Assembly: GCF_006345805.1 (NCBI RefSeq)
Contig: NC_042997.1
Span: 38,936,001-39,000,000 of the forward strand
Direction of reading: 5' to 3'
Length of the DNA stretch: 64,000 nucleotides
Source of the DNA: Octopus sinensis
Lineage: Eukaryota
The notes below the pieces were generated by a model that saw only the letters and a list, made by a program, of their open reading frames with translations, searched no databases and was not told where the DNA came from. A program made the position numbers and the translations under genes. Within the stretch, counting starts at the first letter, position 1; each line of letters starts with the position of its first letter. This document shows, in pieces, positions 36,446 to 49,000 of this stretch.

Positions 36446-39400
36446 TTATACTTCTACTATCCTGCAAAATACCAGAAAAGTTTTCAAACCTACAAACTTT
36501 ACTCACAATGAATTGCCCTGAGTAGTGATGACTGTGAATTCAATAAGACAACCTTTCCAACCCTAGCAGCATCGCAAAACACCTGTCAGTTTTGCAGAGT
36601 TGACTCTTTTATAAGTATTTTCAATAGAACTTGGTTTAAAGTGTCCATCCTGCTTCTTCCAACTGTATCTTTTCTTTTAAAACCACCACTTCCTCTCAAA
36701 GGATGCAAGTGCGCAGTGTTTCCCAACAGAAGCCTATCACCAGATAGAGCAGGATCCCAAACCTATGGGCAAAGCTTCGGGAGGCTAACCCAAGATTAAT
36801 CCCAAATTTTCTTTTCAGCCAGTTTGTGGCTGGTCGCTCAGAATGAGCACATAATTGCGAAAGGATCACCTTCGGTTATTGAATATCAGCTGGGATGCAT
36901 ATAAGAATCGCTACAGTACTTCACTACAATGTGTGAGTTATGGATTCGTGTTCTCTCTTTCATACCAAGATAATACAAATGTATCTATCAATTAATCAGT
37001 TCTCGTTTCTATATTGATACTTTCAAAGCATCCATTGATAACATTGACACAGTCCTTAAATACACCAAAGAAACATTTGAGCCATGTCTTTCTACATGTG
37101 ATCAACACACAGTTTAAACTTTAATGACACAATGGGCTAGACGTTTCAATTTCTAACAATCTCCCGTAGCAAAATTACCATCATTCCCAAAACTATATCC
37201 AAAAGACAATATTCCCTCTTGTAGGGTCTGAAAAGTATGTCGTGTTTCATTAATTGCGGATTTTCAACAAAAAATAAAAGAAGGTTCCGCATTTCAGTTC
37301 TTTTTCACATATCTGAAATGATACTTCTACAACACAACCATTCTTGACAGCATCCAAAAGAATGTTATTAAACTAATTTACAAATTTCACTTTCCAACGC
37401 GGCGCTACCATCAAAGCTTCTACTCATCTCAATTCAGAACAGTAACCCGCCAGAATTTTCTCGCCAACTTTTTATTTTTTATTTATTCATTTATTTATTT
37501 ATTTTTTGTAGCCGTTGCTGTGATGATGTTTAAATCGAACATCAGCTGCCTTCATCTCATCAAGAAAACATGGCACGGTTACTACCTCTCCTTCTCTAAT
37601 TAAACAAACAATTACATTTCATAATTAAAAATAATATCAACTTTAAGTGTGTTCAAGCCTACAAACGATATTTTTATCCACTTGTTTACCCTTGTCGCCA
37701 CTTAATGGAATACAATTAAAGTATTTTCAATTAGCAGATGATGGAATAAGATTTTATATTACGGATATGTCTTAGATTAATGTTATTAAGTTGGCGGAAT
37801 TAGAAAATATTATGAAATAAATCGAAACTGTTTTTGGAAGATTTCCTTTATTAGTTAGGAATTAACAAATAAGATGTTTTTTATTTGTTTTTTTTTTATT
37901 GAGTTCCACCAACAAATTATTTTATTTTAAATTTCGAAATAATTGATATGTTTATTCCTATTTGGGTACAAGTCTAATCACTTATACACTTATAAGGGAG
38001 AAATATGCGATTCTGTTACTTCTTTATAACTGTTTGTTAAATAAAGAGAATTGTGTATTTATACAATATTTTAACAGATAATCCGTGTCTTTGCAATCGC
38101 ATTAGAGTTGGGTTTCAGTGGTGTTTATAGATTTTTCGTTCTTGTTAGAGATTTATATTGCGATGGTCTTAACAGAATTTTTGTAGCTTTTGCCATGTCA
38201 GTATAAAGCAAAGTCGTACGTCCTAATCATGTAAAGAAAAGCCTAGCAATGTTGTTACTTGTATATTTTTCAAAAGTTCAAATCGGATAAATTTTTCTGT
38301 TTTTATCTTTGGGTTGTTGTATTTTAGCCTAGTGGTAAAACCACTACCAACTACGGTTCTGTTGTACAATGAAACTGTATCGTTAGATATTCATTTGGCG
38401 TTCCGTTCGTATTTTCCTGTCCACCTAGCCAGCGGAATGGCGTCATTCGAAGGCTACAACAATGCGAGAAAGTGCATTGTGATCAGTGGTGTATTGCAAC
38501 ATCTGGTGGTCCGATCGATACAGTGATAAGTGACATTCATACATGCATACATACATATATACATGCATACATACATGTGTACATGCTTACATACATGATG
38601 GCTGCAAATCAATTTCGAGTAATGCGATTATTTGATAGCTCCCTTTCTCTTAAACTTGAGTTAAACTATGCAACACATAACCAAGATGCTAAAACTCAAG
38701 CAATGCCTGTCCAGTGAGTACTGTAAAGTGAGGAAAGACCTTGCTAACCCCACTCTCTAAACAACGTATTTTCCCAAAAAGAATTTGTCTTAAATCATTT
38801 CATGCAAATGAAGTCGCAAATGTTACATAAGAATTTTTCTTCTCCTAGGTTGATATCCAAACAACGGTTAAGGGGCCTTTAACTCCCAGCAGTTGGATGG
38901 CTAATGACTGTACTGAGTTCATCCACCCATTGGCAGGTTTTGTTTTTCATGCTTCAGGGTATTTAACAAAAACTACCCTTCATCAACGGCCCAACCATGC
39001 GTCAAGTTGTATTGGGTTATATGTTAAGAGTGCCCTTACATAACTTATAAACATACACTTTACAACTCTGATTTCTTTTATGTTTGTCTTTTGCAATTTT
39101 TATTGCATAATCTAAAAGGTTTTTTTCTTATACTTCATTGGTTTGGAATTATTCAATCAACAAACAAAATCATTCTTCAATTCATAAAAATTAATATATC
39201 TTATCAAACGTAAATTCTAAAATTTTGACATTTAGACATTTATTTTTGTCATGAGCACTTATGACGCATTATATTTTAAATTCCCAGCACAGACTCTATG
39301 GCACTTCTGTGACCTATATGAATAGATGTATGCAAAGCTATTTCTTCTCAGCTAATTTCCATACTTTTAATAATCATCTTTAACTACTCTTTATTTTTTC

Positions 39401-39942
39401 TAGGATGCATTTAAGATTGCACAAACTTAACCATTTCTATCATTGTCTTTTTGGGATTAACTCTTTTATGTTATTTACTATAAGAGCGTGCCTTTTAGTA
39501 TCGTGTTCGAATATGCGTGTACTTCGAAGTGTTAGTGATGCACATTACACTCATTACGATTTTTATTTTAATCCATGACAAATCATTTCGAGTTCCTTTG
39601 CTAAATCAACTTATTTTATTTTATGGATTTATTTTCAAAATCAATTAACATCTAACAAAATGCATGCAGAAAAATAGAAAACAAAATGCAAATTTCAAGC
39701 GATTTCAAATACTGTAGTAAAGGAAGTGACGTAGAAAATACGTCATGAGCAGATATCGTTTTGCTGAATTACGGCCGCCTTTGTTTTCGCGTTTTCTTTC
39801 GTGTTTGGTAATAATTCCATATTTAATGTTTCTGGAGCGCCAGATTAAGGGCTTATTTCTGCAACAAGCAGTATGAGTTTTGCTTTCATTTATATCTATA
39901 TGCTTTTACTTTCGAAAGACAGACGTTTAGATTGTATATTAG

Positions 39943-40147
39943 CTTCATATTTTGGCACAAGGCCAAAATTTCGGGAAAGGTAGGTAAGTTGACTTGATCG
40001 AACTCAGTGTTCAACTGGTACTTATTGCATCGACCCCGAAAGGACGAAAGGCATAACTCGACCTCGATAGAATTTGAACTCAAAACGAACGAAATGCTGC
40101 TAAGAATTTTGCCCGGAGTCCTAACGATTCAGCCGAGCCACAGCCCT
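39943..40147 (-). mobile_element. SINE family C, diverged
   Basis: ATCGACCCCGAAAGG...CTCGACCTCG...ATTTGAACTC block on the plus strand. Confidence 0.7.
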
Positions 40148-40192
40148 ATTTAAATTGTATATTATAGACATGATTTAATCGATTTTTTTTCA

Positions 40193-40607
40193 TCTGTATA
40201 CATAAAAGGCAGGATGTGTGTGTGTGTGTGTACATGAATGTAATTTATGAACGTCCACAAATTAGCACGCATGTCGCTCCAATTTTAGGAGGACATTCGT
40301 CATGATCCTAGCTGTATTTTCGTCAACGTATTTTTACCAGAGGCACCAGCGAGTAGCAGTAAAAATAAATTTTCCACCAAAACTTTTAACAATTTTCAAG
40401 TCGGAGAAATCAACAATGTTTGCAAACAGGAGTTAAGTTCCCTTCTAGCGACGAGTAATTTTTTTTGTTAAGACTTTTGTTGACTTTTTTTACCATCGAG
40501 GAAAAAAGTGTTTTGTTGATATACGGGCAACACACACGAGCATGTGTGCGTACAAAAAACATGTATGCAATAGGTGTACGTACGTACGTGTGTGTATGTG
40601 TGTGTCC

Positions 40608-40657
<50 letters not shown>

Positions 40658-40808
40658 TATATATACATATAGATAGATAGATAGACCAATTTGAACGGAT
40701 TTCGCCCAAATTTGACGTCGATGTTTCTTAGTTTGATTTGAAATAAGGAAACTTGATTAGCTTAATTATCCTAACTTAATCACGAGCAAAGCAGGGTTAC
40801 ACTGCTAG
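40193..40808 (+). mobile_element. Probable non-autonomous Helitron
   Basis: Starts A|TCTGTATACATAAAAG followed by (TG)n; ends with a degenerate GC hairpin (CACGAGCAAAGCAGGG) and CTAG|T; no TSD. Confidence 0.5.
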
Positions 40809-43682
40809 TTGTATATAAAAAAAGAGTAAATACCGTTTATCTTATTACGTGACAGAATAACCAGTGAAATTAGCACCATCACTATATTGACTTTGATTTA
40901 ATCAGCTAAATATTACCGCTACACTAAAAAAAAAATGGTACCTACCAAAGGAAAGCAATATTACAAGATATAATTGAGCGACAAGTCGATAGAAATTGTA
41001 GAGTGTCAGAACGAATAGATAAATACTTTATAATATTTATTCTCATACTCCTGTATCATTATTCAAATTCCAGAGACCCTGCTATGATAGTCATAAATCC
41101 GGATTGCTGTGTTTAATCGCATGTCAGTCTTATCAAATACGAATTTGATCGAGAGCGTTCCAACCGTAATCGCCTTGTTATTTCCTGTATATATGATTAT
41201 ATTGTCGAAAATACCCATCCCCACTTCGCAAAATGGTAATATATGATTTTAATGGGGATATGGCTATTATTTCTAGCAAGGCAAATACCCACGTAGAAGC
41301 TTCTCAATTGGCTCACGTACTCTGGTTGACTTAATTGAATATATATGAAATTGCCGATATTCATAAATAAAAGAATACAATATTGTTCTTCGGAACTTGT
41401 ACAGCGCCAAACTACTTATAGCTTTTTAGATTCATCGAAAGTTAGATTTTATCTACCGTCCCCCACGTCATTAGAAAATTAAGTATCAGGTATTAGTTGT
41501 CACATCATGCAATCATTCCACTCGATATCAATGAATATTCAATATATGTATGAGTGTTATACTTTAGTTAGTTTATGGGATTATTGCGTGAACGAGACGT
41601 AAGGGAAATGATGTCAGTTTTTCTTTTTATAAAGCACTTTATTTTCCTTTTCTGTGTATAAGAAAATCGATTAGGGTGTTTCGTTTTGTTTTGTTTTGTT
41701 TTTCTTTTTTTTTTTGTCACTGACATGTTATTTAGTGCAGAGGCTTTCTAAGAAAAGATCTACTGCTGATAAATACGTTGGATAGCTCATTTGTTTATTC
41801 CGTTTGGCATTCATACGTCGTTGTTTTCTTATAACCAGTGTACTTTTTCTATCTCATCTCTTTTTACCAGAACCGTTTCAAAATATAATGATTACATAAA
41901 TACAAGTAAAAACATGCAGAAATATCTTGTAATTTTTCTTTTAATTTTACACTGTTGAATCATTACTACAGTAAAAATTCAAAGTCAATCGATGGGTTAA
42001 AACAAGTTCTGACTGAGAAACTGGTATTTTTTACCCATTTACCGACTCTGCATACTAGCTGTGGCAAAGACAACCAACAGTCTAATCCAGCTAATAAGGT
42101 ACTACATACTAATCCATGTCATCCTTGTAGCTAAACAAAAAATACTGTAAAACAGCTAATAATGTAGGTACCGGGCCTGAAATTCAGGGGAGGAGTTAGT
42201 TGGTATTACCAGTCCCAGTGCTTAAAGGAAACTTCATTTTATCAAATCTGGTGGGATGAGAGGTACAATTGATCTCCGCGAGATTTGGACTAAAAACGTA
42301 AAGAGCCGTAACGAATGCTGCCAAACACTTTTTTTGTTGCTCTAACGATTCTGCTAATCTACCATCCTCTATAACAGTTAGAAACTATTTCATTTGTTAC
42401 AATACTAAATCCAACTTGTTTCGGGGGTATGCAGCATGAAAAGAGACAACCAATCTAGCTTTCTATAAAATTCATTAAAACATTCCTCGGTGACAGCCAA
42501 CAATGTATTGTGTTATGGGAAGTTTCAAACACCAACATTTTATTAAAAGCTACTATTTCGTTCTAGCTGAATCGTATGGCATAACAATATTATTGAAGGA
42601 AACTCAGAACTTTTTTGCAGAATAGATATTTTTATTTTCTCCATTAACTCCCAGTAATGTCGATTCCTAACATCAGTGCATGACCACAAATTCTGTGGCA
42701 AGATTATGATAGATTAAATTACCCTTAACATGTACCATATGAAGAGTGATATATTTTATCGATCCCAGAAGGATGAAATCCACAGTCGACTTCAGTTGGA
42801 TTTAAACTCGGAAAGTAGAGGTCCGTAACTAAACACTCACCGTATGTTTGCCCTATCCTCTAAGAATTCTGCTAAACATCTATACTTAGTTTTTCTATTT
42901 GCTTATACCGTACGGAGCAGTGGATATAATTGACATTTTAAATGTTTTAAGACAGTAAAACTATGGGATATGCCACTTTTTTGCGCATTATTTATATTTT
43001 CCTTCATAACTAGAAATTTTAACTAATGAGGTTTGCAGAATTAAACTGATTATTTGGCAAAAGCAAAACATAGAATTAGTAAAAAATCTATAAGCAGATA
43101 ATCCGATTATTATTCCAAGAAACATTTATCATTTTAGTTTTTCTGTTAGATAATAGGAAAGTCTGTTTGTGATTCTATGTTAATTTACTCAGAAATTGTG
43201 AATCGAATTGTTTGTATAGTTATAAAATGATATAAATATGTACACCTGGGTTGAACGCAAGTTTGTCATAAATAAAATTTTATCAGACAAGCCTGGTTTC
43301 TACTTCAGGCAACTGCAAGAACTTAAGAGCGTAGGATAGAGAGATCTGTCTAGATAATTGGAGAAATAATTGCTATCAGATATCAATTCTCATCTAATTA
43401 CTAAGGTGTCGAATAGATACTCAGATACTCAAACACTTCACCTTTACATCGGAGAATCTCTAATGTCATTAATCATGTTGTTGAAAAAAGCTACAATTAC
43501 AAGGCAGGTATAGTTGTGCAGTAAAAAAAAAAGTTAAGTTCGCGACCACGGAGTTTCGGAATCGATCCCACTATGTATCACCTTGAACAAGTGTCTGTTC
43601 CTATAAATTCGGGTCTCTCTACATGTTGATAGTAATATTGGTAGGCAGGAAATGTGCGTGTATACTTATATATGTGTATATT

Positions 43683-43908
43683 AGGCGGCGAGCTGGCAGA
43701 AACGTTAAGACGCTGGGCGAAATGCTAAGTGGTATTTCGTCAGCCGTTGCGTTCTGGGTTCAAATTCCGCCGAGGTCGACTTTGCCTTTCATCTTTCGGG
43801 GTCGATAAATTAAGTACCAGTGACGCACTGGGGTCGATGTAATCGACTTAATCTGTTTGTCTGTCCTTGTTTGTTCCCTCTGTGTTTAGCCCCTTGTGGG
43901 TAGTAAAA
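43683..43908 (+). mobile_element. SINE family C, subfamily with Tx1-like 3' tail
   Basis: Full head, central block, tail CTCTGTGTTTAGCCCCTTGTGGGTAGTAAA. Confidence 0.85.
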
Positions 43909-44340
43909 AATATATATATATATGTGTATGTTTATGCATGAGAGTATGATGGTGGGTGTATAAATGGTGCTATATGATAGGACAGACATAGCCAGCTAGA
44001 TTCGATTCGTGTCGAAAGGTAAATCAAGCACTCGATGAAATAGATATATCGATTAAGGTCGGGCTGATTGATCAACTTTTGAAGAGATGTCCCAGCATGA
44101 CACCAATCCAACGACTAAGGCCAATTAACAGAGTAAAAATTCGAAAGGTTACTTGAATTTATCAGTTTTTACTTCCTTCTTCATTTGATTTAATATATGC
44201 TTGAGACGATAGGTTGGTAATGGTGTTACGTGCTAAATGCTCAATAACGTTCTAAGTTCAAATTCAGTGGTTTCTACTTGTCTTTTATGCTTCTAAGGAA
44301 TATAAAATATTTCACACTCACACATATATTTTTTTTTTTT

Positions 44341-44559
44341 TTCAGTCATTTGACTTCGGCCATGCTGGAGCACCGCTTTTAGTCAAACAAATCGACCCCT
44401 GTACTTATTCTTTGTAAGCCTAGTACTTATTCTATCGGTGTCTTTTGCCGAACCGCTAAGTTACGGGGACGGGAACACACCAAAATCGGTTGTTAAGCGA
44501 TGCTGGGGGGACAAACACAGACACACAAACATACACACACACAGACACATGTGTGTATA

Positions 44560-44593
<34 letters not shown>

Positions 44594-44756
44594 CGACGGG
44601 CTTCTTTCAGTTTCCGTCTACCAAAACCACTCACAAGGCTTTGGCCGGCTCGAGGCTATAGTTGAAGACACTTGCCCAAAGTGCCACGCAGTGGGATTGA
44701 ACACGGAACCATGTGGTTGGTAAGCAAGCTACTTACCACACAGCCACTCCTACGCC
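44341..44756 (-). mobile_element. tRNA-derived SINE, family D, full length
   Basis: Head GGCGTAGGAGTGGCTGTGTGGTAAG on the minus strand; internal CA/TA microsatellite. Confidence 0.88.
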
Positions 44757-44771
44757 AATATATATATATAT

Positions 44772-45975
44772 ATTGGGCCATCCCATAAATAATGCGGTTT
44801 TATCAACTGCATGAACTAAAAGTCGGAGGGGGACGAGATAAACTATCTGCATCAACTTGTTTTAAAAGCAGGTAGTAATGTTACCATGTACTTATTATTA
44901 GTGCAAGTTTTGAAGAGTACAGTTTGATTTTAACAATTATTTTTCAAAGCTATGATGGGAGTAACAAAGGAACATATTCGACATAATTTGCTTTATGAAT
45001 TCAATAAAGACAACAACGCAGCAGAAAGTGCGAGGAATATTAATGCATTATATGGGGATCGGATATTAAGTGTAACCCAGTGTCAACGGTGGTTCCAGAA
45101 ATTTCGAGCCCGAAACTACAGTCTAGAAAACGATCCTAGTCCAGGAATATCTTTAGAGCTCAACGGGGATGTCCAGCAAACCCTGGTGGAACAAACTCCC
45201 TTCGAGAAGCTTAGATTTGATCATTCAACCATTCATCGACACCCGCGTGTTATCGGAAAAGACAGCAAATTGAATCCACAGATTCCTCACAAACTTTCCG
45301 AGTCTAATCGCGCGCAGAGAGTGAATGTGTGCTCTTCTTTGCTGTCACGTCTCACGAATGAATATTTTTTTGATCAAATAGTGACGGGAAATGGCTTCTC
45401 TATAAAAGTGTCAAGCACCGAAGACAGTGGGTAGGGAAAGGAAAAACAGCGGCACCCCAGGCTAAAGAAAGTCTTCACTCACGCAACGTATTGTTATCTG
45501 CTTGGTGGGATATAAAAAGTTTAGTCTACTTTGAACTTTTAAACCCAAACCAAATGATAACAAAGAAGATTTACTGTTTGAGCGGCTTAAGTCAGCGCTG
45601 GGAGAAAAACAACCATCTTTGGTTTCAAGACGAAAGGTTTACTTCCATCAGAATAATGCTCGGCCACATACAGCGAGGATGACATTCGAAAAGCTGAAGC
45701 AGTTTGAATGGGAAACGATTCCCCACCCACCATATTCGCCGTATATTGCCCCATCTGATTATCATTTACTCCACAGTCTTTAAAATCTTTTGGACAGAGA
45801 AAATAGAAATCTTTTAGACGAGATCTGAACAGTGCATTTTGGAAGAGAGGCCGTGCAAGTCTACCAGATAGATGGAAGAGTATTGTAGGAAATGAAGGAG
45901 AGTGTATTTTAGACTAAAAAAGAACTTTGTTTATCTTAATTTTGAAAAATAAAAGTATGAATAATACCGCATTAT
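44772..45975 (+). mobile_element. Mariner DNA transposon, decayed; same family as 2289-3535
   Basis: TIR TTGGGCCATCCCATAAATAATGCGGTT after (TA)n. Transposase remnant from 44952: MMGVTKEHIRHNLLYEF..., HKLSESN, DQIVTG, HQNNARPH, HPPYSPYIAPSDYHL. Confidence 0.92.
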
Positions 45976-46366
45976 TCTATATCTATATAGAAATCTCCTT
46001 AACCGAATACATTCACATTCCGTAAAGCACTTGACCTCTACCCAATCCAAGGAAGTCATTTAGCATATATTAGTGAAAATATACTTTAAATTAAAATTGA
46101 TAATAAAATAACTGGGGTCATATTTGATGTTCTCTTCCTTTCTACGCATTAGTTGTCTGCATGACGCCTCACAATCATAATATCACTTTATTGTGTCTTT
46201 TTCTAACTCTTTAATTCAAGATGAATACAGCATCCTCATCAAAATGGATACGTCAATGAGAAATCATTATATAAAAAAGGCATATGCTCAAGTGAAATAA
46301 TTACCTATGATGTACATATGTAATATTGAAGCAACCGTCTCACATATAATGTTTTTCTTCTTGCAG

Positions 46367-46461
46367 CACGCAGAAGAAGCTGTAGTTTCAATTTTCATTT
46401 GGGGTTACACAATATCAATCATCACTTTGAGTATATCGATGATCATCTTTAATAGTTTTAG
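46367..46461 (+). CDS. Class B1 (calcitonin-receptor-like) GPCR, TM1 exon
   Basis: TTTTCTTCTTGCAG|...AG|GTAAGT; 95 nt; HAEEAVVSIFIWGYTISIITLSISMIIFNSF(R), the class B TM1 GYxxS...L...IF..FR pattern. Confidence 0.9.
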
Positions 46462-47902
46462 GTAAGTCCTCCTTTGCTAGAATTTGTATATCCATTATCG
46501 TTGCCATAGTTGTTTTACCTTAATGTTGTTGTTGATGATGATGTTGATTACTTACAGAGTAAGTTTATGTGTTTTGCTGGCTCTGTACGCCAACTTGTTT
46601 ACAAATAATTAAATAATATGTAGACAAGGTTTGAGTTTTGGAGATAAATCAACACGGAAGATCTGGGGTAAATATTAAAAAAATAATAAGTAAAATTATT
46701 CGATAGGCAGTTTAAATCCAACAGAAACTGTTAGTTTGTAGTGGCTAACGTCATTAATGGCTAATTTAGCAGCAACAGGAATTTTAATCTTTTCTTTACT
46801 GTCACCATGGATCAAAGACTATTACAAGAACAAAAACGCCGGATATTATACAGAATCGAAGATGATTAAAACAGATATGGAAAACAATTTTTTCAATGAA
46901 ATGTGACGTTCCAATAGAGAGCAATCATTTAAGACCAATCCAGGAACTCTACAGACCTTTGATTACTCTTACTACTAAACGCACTCTCCCAGTTATGTTC
47001 TTCGATTAAAAGATGTATGCTTTGAGCAGACATTTTCACTCGGACCGTTCTCCTGTGCCTTTCATCAAATTTACTGGAAAAACGTAATTCTCTCTTGACA
47101 TTTATCTTCCTTTCCTAGTGAAATTAGTGGCAGTTGATGAAGATTTGACCAACAAGGAACATGTCTGTACTCAGTTCATTAATCTAGTTCACCATTCAAC
47201 TTCTTTAGCCACCAGCAAGAGAAAAGCAGCCAATTCTTCTCGGTCAAAAGAAAACGGTAGTCGATTCTCGTAATGGATTTGGTCGATTGCTGAACTCTTC
47301 CTATATGCACGTATCTCAAACAGGCAGGGATTGCAAGACTATTGTCCCTGTATAGCTTATCCAGAAACGGCAATCTCCTCTGGATATTACTGCCAGGTTA
47401 GAGATTTTTGGAAGCTTTTGCTCTATAGAACCCAAGATGAAATCCATCCAGGATATAAATACTAATACTACAAAACTGATTAGTAGTTATTCCAAAAGCA
47501 GGAATAAAAATTCTGGTAATAGCTCTAAAGATGCAAACAATAATTAATAGTAAAAGTAATAGTAGTATAATTAGATACAATTATTAAGCTACCATAAAAC
47601 CAATCCTAGGAAATGAGAAAATTAAACCAAATGACTTAAGCCCTTAAGATTGCACTGTATCTTTCGCTTTCTCTATTATATCATTTCTCATACTTCTTTT
47701 ATGTTTTCTCCTACTGCCTTTCTTTTTTTCCTTATTTTCCCATACAGTCTTATTCTCTTACTTAGACTTTTAGCCTATTTTCTCGGTCTCATGCTGAAGT
47801 GAAGACGGAGAAGAAGAAATAAAGAGAGAAAACAAAGTGCTAGCGCCCTTTTAATTTCTTAGTAATAAAAAACAAAAATAAGATTACCATACAAAACAAC
47901 CC

Positions 47903-48330
47903 GGATCGTTTCGGTTTGAACGGCAGTTTTTAACATAATTTCTAGGTAACTAAAAAATGTTAAACTTCGTATACTGGTAGAATGTGTTTATAAAACATCT
48001 TTTCCTCTTGGTTTTATTGATAAAATTCTATAGTCTGTAAAATATTTGCTGTTTATTTTCTTCAATTTCTGCAATTTCAACCAATCGATGACGTCTATTG
48101 AGTTAAAAAACATTCTGTGCCGTATGAATATGTCCCTCGTTTAAGAAACAGATTGGGTTTATTTACATTTGTGAAGAAAAAAAGATACCCTTCCCTCCAC
48201 CCCTAACCCTAACTAACCCTAACCCTAAACGAGATTGAAATGCAATAGATCGATTCTAGGGTCATAATTATGGGTGACAATTTCATATGACACCGCAAGA
48301 AAAAAACTGCCGTTCAAACCGAAAAGAACC
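47903..48330. mobile_element. MITE with 29-bp TIRs and perfect 8-bp TSD (Merlin-like)
   Basis: TIR GG(A/T)TC(G/T)TTTCGGTTTGAACGGCAGTTTTT (27/29); AACAACCC at 47895-47902 and 48331-48338; internal (TAACCC)-like run. Confidence 0.85.
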
Positions 48331-48837
48331 AACAACCCAAATACAGATAAGAATCCCTTGTCTTATATTGGTGATTAAATAATTAATTACGGGATTCTTT
48401 CTTGCTGAATGTACTTTATAAATTGGTGTGTCCGAAAGAGTGACATGTGCATATGCGTGCATTTGTCTGCATGTGTTTTGTTTGTCTTACTGCCTGCATG
48501 AGTGCGTGCTTGCTTGGATGATAGATGTATGCATGTTTGTTAAGCGGTAGTGGTGTTTATGTGTCACAGAAAATATCAGGCTGGTGTGTGTTTCTCTGTA
48601 TGCGTTTAATGTGTGCGCTTGTGTTATTAGTAGATTGTGTGTACGTATGCGATGTCGATTGTACCCGCGTGGTCGCTTTTGTGTGTGTTCTCGTGTTTTT
48701 CACGAGCGTCTACTATTTATTTTGTGTGCCTGTACTTGTAACAGTAGTACAGTTTTAGAAAATAGCAGGAGTTTATGTGAATTTTTAAGTGACAATAGCT
48801 GTGCATGTGTGTGTGTGTGTGGTGTGTGTGTGCGTTT

Positions 48838-49000
48838 CGTCTGTCTTTACGTTCTGAGTTCAAATGCTGCTGAGGTCGACTTTATCTTTCATCCTTTCGG
48901 AGTTGATAAAATAAGTACCAGTTGAGTACTGGGGCTGATGTAATCGACTTATGCCCTCTCCCAAAAATTGCTTCCCTTGTGCCAAAATTTGAAATCAATA
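48838..49000 (+). mobile_element. SINE family C, 5'-truncated, second tail type
   Basis: Central block plus CCTTGTGCCAAAATTTGAAA tail. Confidence 0.78.

Noticed and set aside
36706-36792. AQC...YHQIEQDP, loosely like the start of a calcitonin-receptor extracellular domain
   Set aside because: The frame stops before any donor site and the following CxxxWDG motif is absent; probably chance.
41871-41928. 58-nt AG/GT-bounded open stretch ending in phase 0, a possible exon before TM1
   Set aside because: It lacks the Trp and Cys residues expected in that exon and the donor is weak.
47119-47396. Alternative GPCR exon between TM1 and TM2
   Set aside because: It would need phase 2 at both ends; that frame stops within six codons, and the best frame also has a stop. 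Kept only as an unexplained island.
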